Below are positions 52,031 through 64,000 of a stretch of DNA of 64,000 nt, one piece after another. The first letter of the stretch is position 1; each line of letters opens with the position of its first letter. The notes under the pieces are model-generated. The model saw only the letters and a list, made by a program, of their open reading frames with translations, had not been told where the DNA came from and searched no databases. The stretch is taken from assembly GCF_006345805.1 (NCBI RefSeq), contig NC_042998.1:49662001-49726000 (forward strand). Reading direction: 5' to 3'. This DNA is from Octopus sinensis. Lineage: Eukaryota. The translations under genes and the position numbers were made by a program.

Positions 52031-52590
52031 TACAGAAAAGTAAAGATGGGAGCAAAACAAATAAAGTAGTATTTTGCGTCATCACAGAGTCCAGTAAATA
52101 TATAAAATAGAAAGCGAGGTAAGAGTAAGATGTAAAAAGAATGCAGAAACCCAAATAGAAATAATTATGCATAAAATGAAAAATCTAATTGCAAAATGTC
52201 GTGCTGTTACCGTAACAAGCAAAACAACGACATGTCTGTTACCTGACGTAACAAGGCGTAGGAGAATTAGCTACAGAAAATACACAACAGTTGTTATGAT
52301 GCCTAGACCACAACAGTTGTTATGATATCTAGACTACAAAACTTACAGTGAAGAGTATTTTAATTGCAGTTCAACACGAAAGCCTTTCTCCTACATAGTA
52401 TAAAAGACCGCTGAAATATTGGAGCGACAAATAACTGTGGGATAAATGAAAGTTGTTGAATCACAGTTGTTAAGTCACAATTTACTGTCTCAGGTTAAAG
52501 AAAAAGCGAGTGTATACACACACACAAACATACATACACAAATATAGTTGAAATTGCACCCAACTTCCGCACGAGAAACCAAAGCTAACT

Positions 52591-53991
52591 AACCTTTCAA
52601 AAAAACCATTAACTGACATCCCCCCAAAAAATCTAAGTAAGGGACTGAAGTTGACACCCACAAAGATCAAACTTCGCCTAACTGAAAAATGACATCGCAG
52701 AATTCTGCCGAAAACTCAGGCTGACTCCACCAACAACTTTACCAACAACTCTAATGATGAGGACAAATCACAAGCCAGAAACAAAAGCAACTTTTGCCCA
52801 AATAAAAGGCTAAATAAAGCACTGGACTTTATACAGTCTTTGTTGTTGATTGAAGGAATCTAAGCACTTGCAGAGGGGAAATATTTGGAAATTAGGTAAG
52901 ACCATTTCTTGCACAGGTTACAATGTGTCTGCTTAAAGGAATTTTCTTTGTGCTTTTGTCTCGGAACTGTTGGCGATGGGTCGTGAATACATTATAAACT
53001 TCCCCTTTGAAAAAATTAAACATAGAAATATTAAATGGAATTTAACCCCAAAGAACTTGCCATTCTAGATATCCTAATAAAAAGACCAAGATGGGAAAAC
53101 AGAAACGGACATATTCGACAAACCCACCGACTCCAAACAGTAGCTTCTTTTCACATCATGTCATCCGAAACACACCGAACTCAACATTCCCTTCAACCTA
53201 GCAAAACGAATCTGTACCGTAGTATCAAACCATCCAAACATGAACAAAGACTAGAGGAACTGAAGGACACACTTATCCAAAGATCCTTCTCCCCTGGCAT
53301 AATCATCAACGGAATAAACAAGGCGAAACAAATGGATATCAATGAACTTAGGAAAACAAAACAAAACAAAAAAAAAAACGAAAGAAAGAAAGATATTTTA
53401 CCATTCGTGTCAACCTTCAATCCCAGGAATACCGAAATATTTGATCACATCCACAAAAACCTCCTCATCTTATTTGCAGATAAAAAAATGCGAAAAATCT
53501 TAGGAAAACAACAAATCATCAAAACCAGAAGGTAGTGCAAAACACTAAAACTCATTCTCACTGGAGCAAAAACACAAAGAAACCTCCAACCCAACGATTA
53601 CAAAATACGGGAGAACAAACTGCGGCACTTGCCTTTGCCCAACTGAGGAACCAGAACTTAAATTCAAAGATGGTCAAACCTTCAAAGTCAATTTCACCTG
53701 CAACACAGAAAACCTGATCTACGTAATCATATGCAACGGCTGCCAACATAATTACATAGGTCAGACAGGTGGATCGGATGCAACAGAATGACACCCATCG
53801 GCAACAGATCTGAGACAAAAGCACAAGGAAAATTCCTTTAAACAGCCACATTGCAACTTATGCAAGATATGGTCTTACCTAATTTCAAACTATTTCCCCT
53901 CCACAAGTGCTTAGATTCCTTCAATCAACAACAAAGACTGAATAAAGAAAGACAATTTATCAACAAGTATAAACTTCAGTTCTGTATTTAA
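52591..53991 (+). mobile_element. Rearranged Penelope-like element: ORF N-terminus, inverted endonuclease segment, RT thumb and GIY-YIG
   Basis: NLSKKPLT..SKGLKLTPT, DIAEFCRKLRL; PTDSKQ*LLFTSCHPKH..IPFNLAKRIC; LPFVSTFNP; CGTC..FTCNTENLIYVIICNGCQHNYIGQTG; 52827-52979 is an inverted copy of 53795-53947. Confidence 0.85.
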
Positions 53992-54073
53992 GAGATGAGG
54001 AATTATGCATATTATTTACATTATTTACATTATTTACATTTGACGTATATTTGTCCTCATCTTGTTCGTTGTT

Positions 54074-54114
54074 AACACAACGTTTCGGCTGATATACTCT
54101 CCAGCCTTCATCAG
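54074..54114 (-). ncRNA. Truncated hammerhead-like motif (inverted pseudo-LTR piece)
   Basis: CUGAUGA-A-GGCUG-loop-CAGCC-GAAACGUU-GUGUU; 5' strand of stem I is missing. Confidence 0.55.
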
Positions 54115-54201
54115 GGCATATGGCGTAGTGGTTAAGAGCGCGGGCTACTAACCCCAAGATTCCGAGTTTGATTCCAGGCAGTGACCTGAATAATAATAAT
54201 G

Positions 54202-54252
<51 letters not shown>

Positions 54253-54257
<5 letters not shown>

Positions 54258-54495
54258 TATTCAGACAAATACATAACAAAAACACCAGAACTTACAAACA
54301 CATATAACATACAGAAAATTGCACTACTAGGCACTGCACACATCCTACGCAGAACACTTTCCATACAATAACCATCAGAGCATCACAACAAATCACAGCA
54401 CATACCTAAGGCACACAGAGCTGCGCTCGGTAGTGAAGTGAAAGCACGCTATAAAAATAAAACTACTGAATGATAATAATAATAATAATAATAAC
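54253..54495 (+). mobile_element. 3' end of an R4/Dong-like element inserted in (AAT)n
   Basis: IQKIALLGTAHILRRTLSIQ* C-terminus plus 3' UTR; (AAT)n on both sides. Confidence 0.7.
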
Positions 54496-54556
54496 AACAA
54501 CAACAACATCGAAAAATACCTTAGGAATGAGAACCCAGGTTCGAAATTTCCCCCAA

Positions 54557-54602
54557 GACACCTGATGAGGGCTGGAGGGTATATCAGCCGAAACCCTGTG
54601 TT
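54557..54602 (+). ncRNA. Hammerhead-like motif with mutated stem III
   Basis: GACAC-CUGAUGA-G-GGCUG-loop-CAGCC-GAAACCCU-GUGUU; stem I GACAC/GUGUU. Confidence 0.5.
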
Positions 54603-55478
54603 AACCACAAACAAGATGAGGACAAATATCCGTCAAATGTAAATATTGTAAATAAAGTATAAGCTTCAATTATTATATAAGAAGAAACACTATACAATTT
54701 TAAACAATTTTATGCTTGTTATTATAATTTTTAAAAAATACTTCCCATCATCTCCTAAATCTTTTTTCAATATACATATATGCCAGGACACACACACAAA
54801 CATACACACATACACAAAAAAGAAAACATCACAAAATACACACACACACAAAAACATACACCTACAAACACACACACGTACACTTACACACAAACATACA
54901 CAAATACACAAAAAAGAAGGCCACAAAAACGCACATACGCACAGGCGGAGACAATCAAACGAATACATCTAACCCAAAGAAGAATCCTAATTCCTTTTTC
55001 AACAAGAGAAATTCTTCACAGCATACACACCCATCAACTCACAGTTGGTCATTTTTCAAAACATATCAAAAGGACATTCAACACAAACACACACACACAT
55101 GCGCGCGGACACAGGTGGACACAAAGATTTCTTTTAGACAATAGACACCGCTTCTCTCACTCTCTAACACTGTGAACTCTACACCAAACTATATTTAATG
55201 AAGACTTCAACGAAAAACCCTCCAGACATGTTCTTGGCCACCAGACAGAAGATAAACTGTTTCTACTTCAAATGTTTCAAATTTTTATAAATCTTTTCTA
55301 ATATTTGATAAGATGAAATACATCAAATCCGGTAATATTAATATTTTTAGCTATATATTTTTTTTATTAAATTCCCTCTTAAACTGAAATGTCTTGGGAC
55401 TTAAATTCGGAGCTATTTCCACCTCCATCTTTTTTATATATAAAAATTTGTTTTGTATAGATCTCTAATATGTTTTTC

Positions 55479-55527
<49 letters not shown>

Positions 55528-55681
55528 CACACACGCACACACACATATATATACACATATATACATACATACATACATACATACATAAATACCCCCCACA
55601 CAGACACACACATATATACAAGGGTTGGACAAAATAATGGAAACACCTAGCATCATAGCATCATAATTTTGAAATATCTAT

Positions 55682-57069
55682 AAAACCCATTACTTTACTT
55701 ATGCCCCATAACTTTCCTATCTCGTCCTGCAGTGGCTGGTATTTCTCAGTCTTTTCTGTTTCTTTACAGTTCACCCTCGAATCGCTTACTATTGCAACAT
55801 CTATTATCTTAACTTCTTTTTCATCTTTATGGATGAGCACGATATCAGGTCGTCTGCCTCTATGACTTGGTCGGACTGCATGTTAAAATCCCAGAGTATT
55901 TTGTAATGTTCGTTTCCCATTACTTCCTCTGGCTTGTGTTCATATCATTGTTCGCCTCTCTCGAGGTTTGCTTTACCGTACAATAGCCAGTGGATATATC
56001 TAGCCACATTGTCGTGTATCCTTTTGTGTTCGCGTTGTGCAAGATTACAGTACACACTAACAACATGACTTATACTTCCTCCCTTCTCAGAGCACATCCT
56101 ACACTGTGGCGAGTCAGTGTTTTTATCAATGTGATATTTGGATGATATTTGGAGCAGTTTGTTCTGAGAGCTTGTTCTTGAGCGCTGCAGACTAATGCCT
56201 CAGTGGGCCCTTTTAAGTCTCCTTTCCGCAGCCATTGCCAGTTACTATTCCAATCAATCTCATCTTTATTCTTCAAGAACTGGCAGTGCATTTTCTTGCC
56301 CTGCAAGATTTTCTTCATCTGCTCTCTATGGTCTTTCTTAAATTGCGTTGGATCTACGACTTCGCTCACGTTTAAGGTTCCCTGCATTTTCACTGATTCA
56401 ATCATTTATTCTTGACATACCAAGCCAGGCTATTCTCCTCTTCCCTTACACAACCTTCACAACACATTAGTCCCCGCCTTCTTTCTTTCCTCTTTACATA
56501 CAATCTTGACACATCATTCTTGGGGTGTAGTTCCTTGTTCATTGTCATTAATTTACGTGTTCTCGCACTATCTCTTGTAATTCATACTTCTTCCTATATA
56601 CTATTCCTGCTCCATCTCTCACCAAAGCAACCGCCCACATGTTAATTGCTCTAATCTTATAGCGTCCATTTAGCTTCGATTGAAGCACAAGCCGAGTTCT
56701 CAAATACTCTTCCCTGTACATTCCTTTCGTCTTGTGTTCGTTCATCTTATTTTTTTCAATGATACCCAGATACTTATATCCTCCCTCTCCAACTTCTTTT
56801 ATAATTTCCTCACTTTCCAGTTTGGCCCCATGGCCTTTACTGTTTTCCCCCTTTTTGAGAATCATTACATCACATTTCTGGATCCCAAATTCCATGCCAA
56901 TATCTTTGCTAATCATTTGCACAGTTGCCGTCAAACTCTCAATTTCTTTCTCAGTCTTAGCGAATAGCTTTAGGTCATCCATAAACAACAGGTTGTTTAC
57001 TTCCACTCTGCCTAGCATGTACCCCACGCTAACAAAAGGAAACACCAAACCAAATTTAACTTTAGGCAT
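55682..57069 (-). mobile_element. R4/Dong-like non-LTR fragment: RT, CCHC knuckle and restriction-like endonuclease
   Basis: NLLFMDDLKLF, YKYLGI, WLRKGDLKGPTEALVCSAQEQALRTN, HDNVARYIHW, KILWDF..RRPDIVLIHK..KIIDVAI..KEtEKtEKY. Confidence 0.85.
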
Positions 57070-57419
57070 TTATTCATTCAACCAAAAGCGACGTCACTGA
57101 ATAACTAATTTAATTTATGAAAATAAAATATAAAAACTACCATCTTAATTCCATATTTTTAGATAATTTGAAATCTACATAAAAAAACCTAATGTAGAAA
57201 ATGAAGATATTTATTTGCTAAAATTTATGACGTCACTGGATATCTAAAGAACAAAAACTGCAGACAAAAATTCTATGTTATGCTTAATAGATAATTAAAG
57301 AATAAAAACTACAAATAATAATTCTACGTAATGCTTAATAGAAACTTATATACTCTGAGAAATACAACAACAGCAGCAGCAGTATCAGCAGCAACAACAA
57401 CAACAACAACATAATTTTT

Positions 57420-57610
57420 CTAATTTAGGCATAAGGCTAATAATTTTGAGGAAAAGGAATAAATCGACTCTATCGACTCCAGTACTTGACTGGTACTATA
57501 TGTTATTGATTCCTGAGATATGAAAGGCAAAGTCCCTGTAGAATTTGAACTTAGATCTTAAAAAGTTGGACAAAATACGGCTACGCATGTTGTCCGAGGC
57601 TCTAACTATT
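57420..57610 (-). mobile_element. Old Meta-domain-like SINE
   Basis: Diverged core that still retains several CpGs. Confidence 0.55.
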
Positions 57611-60569
57611 CTTCTAATCCTCTGATCTAATATAAATACTTGTTTCGAATAGAGGTGCTAGACCAGTAATTTGTGGGGAGAAGTTTTAATCGATTGTGTT
57701 GAATCTAGAACTTTGTACTTTGTCTTATGAAATGAAATGCAATATTGAACCCCGTCGGGAAAAATAAAAACGTAGAGCCAGTAGAAATACGAAGCTCGAA
57801 TAATTCCGCCAATTGTTTGGAATCTATGCACAAAGCTAACAGTTGTGAGGAGAGCGGGTAGATGGATACTGTCAGACCATGTACTAGACCGGAATATTAT
57901 TTCATCGACAAATGTGACATTGGCAGAATTTGAACGCAGAAAAAATACCTCGAGAATTTTCCCTTATGTTCGGTCTCTGTTTTAATGATATACCAAACCA
58001 AAAAGAATATCTTGTTAGATTTTTCTGTCTTTTACAATATGCATAGAGGCCATCAATATAATCTCATTGCCTCGTAGATTTCAATCAAACTGAATATTAA
58101 AATCTTTCTTTTGCAGTTCCATGCACAACTGTCTTCCTGTATACCTTTCCATTTAATCAATCTGGCGAAATGCAGTGCTACTAATGATATAAAAAAAAAA
58201 GAAAGAGAAAAGAAAACGATTTTAAAATATCACTATCTACTTTAAGGACTATGGTTAGAACTTCAAGAACTTAGCAGATTATTAACGTCTCTTCAATAAT
58301 AAGTAGTTTTCTACAGTTAGCTAGTAATCATGGTGAAAAGATTTTAGTTTACGTTGTTTTAAATATACCTATAGTTGGGCTCAAATGACTCATTTATCTT
58401 TTGTAGCTGTCTCATTACACGAAATTTTCCCCGGGTGATTTTTTGAAAAGTGTTCTTTTAGACATGACGCCTCCACAGCACTATAACTCGATAGCATAGA
58501 AAATACATTTTCTTAGAAAAGACACGGGAAGTAGAGTAATAAATTCACATCGCACGTAATTTATATTATAGTGGAGAACTTCGTTTCTAGTTTCTGTATA
58601 TATATTTATATGTATGAGCTTGTATGTATGTACATATGTATATTATATATGTATGTACGTATGTATGTATGTATCTATATGCACACACACACACGCATAT
58701 ATATATATATATACATACACTCTCACACACACACATACACACTCACACGCACACACATGCATATATATTAAACTGGTAGTAATTACTTGAAGCATTATCA
58801 CCATTTTTCCGCTTGCACATAATGGTGGGTATATCTACAATTTATAAGGGAGAAAAATTAATAAGCAATATACAAACGAAATAGCATCTTGTAACAAAAA
58901 AAAAAAATTAAAAACCTAGTATAAATTGAAATGAAATTGGAAAAATCTATCTATAGAATGTCTAATTGAAATTATATGCAACAATAAATAATACCGTGAT
59001 ATGTGTTTTTAGAAGAATAAATAATTAATTTCTATTTGTAATTTTACGATGCATAAAATGTTTTGAATGTATTGAAAAGACGACATGTATCCTTAAAATT
59101 GTTGCTAACACGGAAATAATATTTAATTAAAACAAAAATCTATTTGATGACAAAGTTAAAATAAGAAATAAAATCCATGTGCTAAAAACACATATGCTTT
59201 ATTCTATTCATTGTATCTATGTCATGTATATCTTCAGGGTAAAAATCGTTGTATTTCCTTATTAACCTGCTGCGACGGGAAACGATTACAGAGAATCTAA
59301 CCTTTCTATTCAGCTGAAGCAGCAACTTTAATATTCGAATGCATAATTTTACGTATGACCACGTTTCTTGAAAATAGTGACTGCCATCTTTCAACCAAGA
59401 TATGCCACGAGGCAACTGAACCGCAAGGAATTCATTTTTGTATTAAATAGCAAAGTAAAAAAAAAAAAGAAACATGAGTTGCAGGAGACAATCATTGAGT
59501 TACAAAATGGCGAAGTAAAGCTGAGTTTTGGAAATCAAGGCTTGTGTGAAATATGACCATAATGTAGTATGATTTCCTTTATTATGAAATGAAACCAATA
59601 TAGTTTTTATTGCCTCATCGTGTTTAAGGGAGAAAGGTTTAAGCGAGGCAACCCAAATTTCGACTATCAATAGAAAGCTAATGGAAATAATGTAGCGTGG
59701 AGATTTACGACTTCTTTTATCAAAGCTGAAACAGAATACTGCAAAATATACTGCTGTTCATTAACAATAGATACCCATTAATGAATAATAACCGCTTTTT
59801 ATTTTAATCTAATCGCTATCGTAATTATTCTTATTTTAATTGTATTAATAAACAACGTCTCTTTATAAGTATAATAATAAATCTGTTTGCATTTATTTAA
59901 AGTCCAATTACAATCAACACTCTCATATTATAAGGGTTAAAACTAAATGGGTAGTGAGAAACAAAATGTTTTATGTGGGTGTTGTGAAAAAATGTTTGGG
60001 AAATTCTGGCTTATACTATTTACATCTTTTAATTTAACGATTTCAGAGCCATTTTCGAGTAGTTTTGATAACATAAATGAAAATGTTTGTCTATTTTTCT
60101 GTCTGTCAAATTGTTTGGTGCTAACTGTGCATAGGGAGAAGATAATTTAGAAAGGAGCAGGTGCATGCCAGAGGCCACAGACTAGACATTTCGCAGCAGT
60201 AAGTCCTTACCAAGGGTATTACAAAGTTACTTAAAAACAAGACATATTACACAATACATTAAGATGTGTTAAAATTTTATATTAAAGAAAAAACGTTGGT
60301 AATTATACAAAACTCACATATAATTAAAAACTATTATTTAAACGCAACCGTCACACACATAGAGGCGAAGACGTGCTACATATGCTGTATCAGAGTATTC
60401 CACACTGAGCTCTTGTGCACTCCGTACTTCAATCTGCTACATTAAAAAGTGTTGGGGACTTAGAGGGGATGGTGGTAAGTCAAACACTGCAGTGTCCGAT
60501 AACCTAGAAACAATATATGAAATAATTCATAGTAAATATGATCTTAAAAATGAAGAGTTTATCTTTTCT

Positions 60570-60680
60570 GGCTGGCTAGTAATGGTCCTCAATCTCGTCT
60601 CCAAGAAGCATATTATCTGGATTCTTTTCGTCCAGGTATAACATTAAATTGCGTAGGCATGCATTTCCTTCTGGCTGTCT
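60570..60680 (-). mobile_element. Possible APE-endonuclease N-terminal remnant of a LINE
   Basis: NACLRNLMLYLDEKNPD then, after a frameshift, IICFLETRL (PDIICLQET-like). Confidence 0.35.
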
Positions 60681-60879
60681 GTAAAACCGAGTGACTCCAT
60701 GGTGGTAAGCTTTCCTTCTGGCATCCTGTATGCTTTCTGCTTGACTTCTTGTTATCTTTTCTGTTATCATTTTAAAAAATTCTTCCTGAGTGCTTCCCAC
60801 TCTCCTCTAGTCTCCATTTCAACTCTACCCTCATAGGACAAAAGTAATTATTATATAGGAAACGAAATTTCTCACCAGA

Positions 60880-61290
60880 CACTTTTTAAAAATGATTAAA
60901 TAAACTGGACTGCAACAAAGAGCAGAGATACTTCTTGCTTCAAAGATGACAGCCGAAAGCTCGATAACTGTGACTCAAGAGCAATGTATCGCACCTAGAT
61001 ACATTCTGAAGCGCAATATCAAGAGGTATGGATGCTCGTTTGTGCAAAGTTTGATGAGATAATCGACCACAATACTATTTGGATGCTCAACAGTTGTCGC
61101 GCCAAGGTATATGAGACATGACAAAATTACTATCAAACTTATTGGAAGATATACAGGTGTATGAAGACAAGTATTAGGGCACTTAATTAAATCAGAGCGC
61201 GACAAATAACAGAACCACATCTTCTTGCCTCTAAAGTTGGTGGCTAAAGAATTGCTAATTGCAGCTCAGAACCAATGTAATCTAACTAGA
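60880..61290 (+). mobile_element. Highly degenerate R4/Dong-like zinc-knuckle fragments
   Basis: TQEQCIAPRY, CAKFDEIIDH, GCSTVVAPRYMRHDK, LLIAAQNQ across frameshifts. Confidence 0.5.
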
Positions 61291-62291
61291 TGCAGGCGTG
61301 GCTGTGTGCTAGGAAGTGTGCTGGTTACTAGTTGATAGTATAGAAGGGAAGGAAAGAGTAAGGAATGTATGGTGCTGACTAGAATGGAAGAAAGGATAAA
61401 AGTGGCATCGTCGTCGCTCGACATACGAATAGAATAGAGTGGTGACATTTAGTAGAGATGACCCGGAAGTTCATTAGTTGAAATTGCCCAATACGACAAC
61501 TTTAACACAAAATAACTTATAGAATACCAAATTTTGTCAAAAATGTTCAAAGTAAACCATGTTCTGCGTGAGACATTCCACCAGTATGCAAAGTTTCAAA
61601 CTGTTTAGTTAAAAAAATTAATTAAAAAATCTGTGCGCTGAACTGAACAGATCCCCAAATTGTTATTACATTTTCTCATGGCTTTGTAAGAAGAATGTGC
61701 GACCTCATGTTTGCGAAGCAAATTTCTCAGCCAATCTGCCATTCTGCGTAGAATCTTAGAGAAGAGTTATTTTTTTACCATATTATCTGGTCAGACCAAG
61801 CCTTTTGAGTAAAATTGGATAATCGGAAACTATGTGGGCGTCTACTGGATAAATTGAATCAATATTTTAAATGGTTAGCCTTGTTATGAGTCACATTGAC
61901 CCCGTTTGAGAGTTATGTTAAATGTACACGTGATCTGTAGAATGATCAGCTACTGAAACGCCAGATCAATGAGCACGGCGTTCAGTTGATTGAACGCCTT
62001 AATACACTTAATCGAAACCGACGAAGATAATTATTATCAGAAGAGAAATGACACCAACTAAGCCATTTTTCAAGGTCCCCAAGACAGTTGGAAAAATAGA
62101 AACAAACTCCGATTCATATGCCGCAGGAATAAGATACAGCCTATCAAATGATCAAGTTCTTTACCCTCACACATAAGGAACCTTGTTCGAATTCTTTCAA
62201 CAGAGTAGGTCCCCGTTAATGCCACTGACGGGCCTCAAGGGGGTGGTGGTGATGGTAGGGGGAGGGTGGTGGTATTGTTGATTTTAATAAT

Positions 62292-62895
62292 AAGGCGGCG
62301 AGCTGGCAGAATCGTTAGCACGCCGGGCGAAATGCTTAGCAGTATTTCGTCTGCCGCTACGTTCTGAGTTCAAATTCCGCCGAGGTCGACTTTGCCTTTC
62401 ATCCTTTCGGGGTCGATTAAATAAGTACCAGTTACACACTGGGGTCGATGTAATCGACTTAATACGTTTGTCTGTCCTTATTTGTCCCATCTGTGTTTAG
62501 CCCCTTGTGGGTAGTAAAGAAACAGGTATTTCGTCTGCCACTACGTTCTGAGTTCAAATTCCGCCGAGGTCGACTTTGCCTTTCATCCTTTCGGGGTCGA
62601 TTAAATAAGTACCGGTTACGCACTGGGGTCGACGTAATCGACTTAATCCGTTTGTCTGTCCTTGTTGTCCCATCTGTGTTTAGCCCCTTGTGGGTAGTAA
62701 AGAAACAGGTATTTCGTCTGCCACTACGTTCTGAGTTCAAATTCCGCCGAGGTCGACTTTGCCTTTCATCCTTTCGGGGTCGATTAAATAAGTACCGGTT
62801 ACGCACTGGGGTCGACGTAATCGACTTAATCCGTTTGTCTGTCCTTGTTGTCCCATCTGTGTTTAGCCCCTTGTGGGTAGTAAAGAAATAAGTAT
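62292..62895 (+). mobile_element. Meta-domain-like SINE: one head plus three tandem ~183-bp body units
   Basis: Units start at 62342, 62526, 62709; units 2 and 3 are essentially identical. Confidence 0.85.
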
Positions 62896-63646
62896 TGTTG
62901 ATTTTAAAGCGGGTGACGGGTTGAGACTACTATTTATTGTCGATCAAGAAATAAGCCAGAAATACTTATAATTACATGGTTACATCTTTCAAAACTTGAG
63001 TATTGGAGAAATTATTTCATAAATATTCAGAAATTGATTTCGAACTGCCGTGATTGCTGGGAGAAGTGAGTACAAGTGTAAAATCCATTGATAGTCGGAG
63101 CATTAGGCTGATTTTCTGAAATTAAAAATAAAAAAGGAAAAAAAAAAAAAATCAGAAATGAAATTTTATGTACGACCTCAAACAGACAAAAATCAACATT
63201 ACTTGGAACTGCTAATATACAAAAGAATGTATTTTCTGTCTGAAGTTTTCAGACCTCAGGAAAAGAAAGCTTGTTTTTATTCTACAGATGTCAATACATA
63301 CACTGTGTATACAAACCCGAATAAAATAAAATAAAATAAAATAAAATAAAATAAAATAAACAGCAACAAAACAACAGCAATAATAGTTATGAATGATGAG
63401 ATGAAAGGAGCCTAATAAATATTAATATGACGATGTGCTACTACTGATGCTGTTAATGACAACCATGATGATAATGATGATTACACATTTTTTATTGTCA
63501 TATAGTGTTTGAAGAGAATTTTATATACATATACAAGTATACACACATACATACAAATACATACAAGTTATATGTATACATGTACATATATATGTGTACA
63601 TAATTTTTTTTATACATACATACATACATACATACATACATACATC

Positions 63647-63687
<41 letters not shown>

Positions 63688-63695
63688 TATGTATG

Positions 63696-63727
<32 letters not shown>

Positions 63728-63871
63728 AATATATATATATATTATATATATATATCGTAAAACATACAACTTATATTAGAGGGACATAAATAGAAAGGGG
63801 AAACAAATACATGATTATAACAATGAAAATGAATATTTATAATATGATTTAATTTAACATAAACATGTTTG

Positions 63872-63934
<63 letters not shown>

Positions 63935-64000
63935 CTGACGATGATGATGATGATGATAATAATAATAATAATAATAATAATGATGATGATGATGATGATG
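63872..64000. repeat. (AAT)n/(GAT)n tract running to the window end
   Basis: Direct reading. Confidence 0.95.

Larger units (their letters stand above)
54115..54660 (+). mobile_element. tRNA-head SINE with (AAT)n middle and hammerhead-bearing Penelope-like tail
   Basis: TGGCGTAGTGG A box and GAGTTTGATTCC B-box-like motif; tail 54560-54655 is the inverse of 54028-54114. Confidence 0.7.

Noticed and set aside
52348-52392. Hammerhead-like GTGAAGA..AACAC-GAAAG upstream of the Penelope ORF
   Set aside because: C3 is replaced by G, stem II is mismatched and there is no stem I pairing
54115-54190. tRNA gene
   Set aside because: Has A/B boxes but no complete acceptor stem; it is a SINE head

Overview
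AT-rich, repeat-dominated eukaryotic genomic DNA. The SINE/LINE repertoire points to a coleoid cephalopod such as Octopus (inference). One host gene is well supported: a three-exon MOSMO (C16orf52/Atthog) orthologue on + (14812-19631, 168 aa), with a perfect GTCACGTGAC E-box/CLEAR palindrome upstream. The rest is retroelements (a 5'-truncated RTE LINE, CR1 ends, several R4/Dong-like REL-type fragments, a rearranged Penelope element), tRNA-derived SINEs, a mariner remnant, fold-back MITEs, a 5S pseudogene and many micro/minisatellites. The most striking feature is a near-identical ~404-bp tandem array (3631-5939, about 5.7 units) inserted into the (AT)n tract of a SINE. Every unit carries a minimal type I hammerhead ribozyme motif on the minus strand (CUGAAGA core, GAAAC-UGCA-GUA, palindromic stem III), which is the architecture of a retrozyme-like element. 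Three further, unrelated hammerhead-like motifs occur (7165-7249, 35660-35873, 54074-54602), one beside a Penelope GIY-YIG element that could be a helper. All calls were made by eye; repeat boundaries are approximate and no database searches were run.
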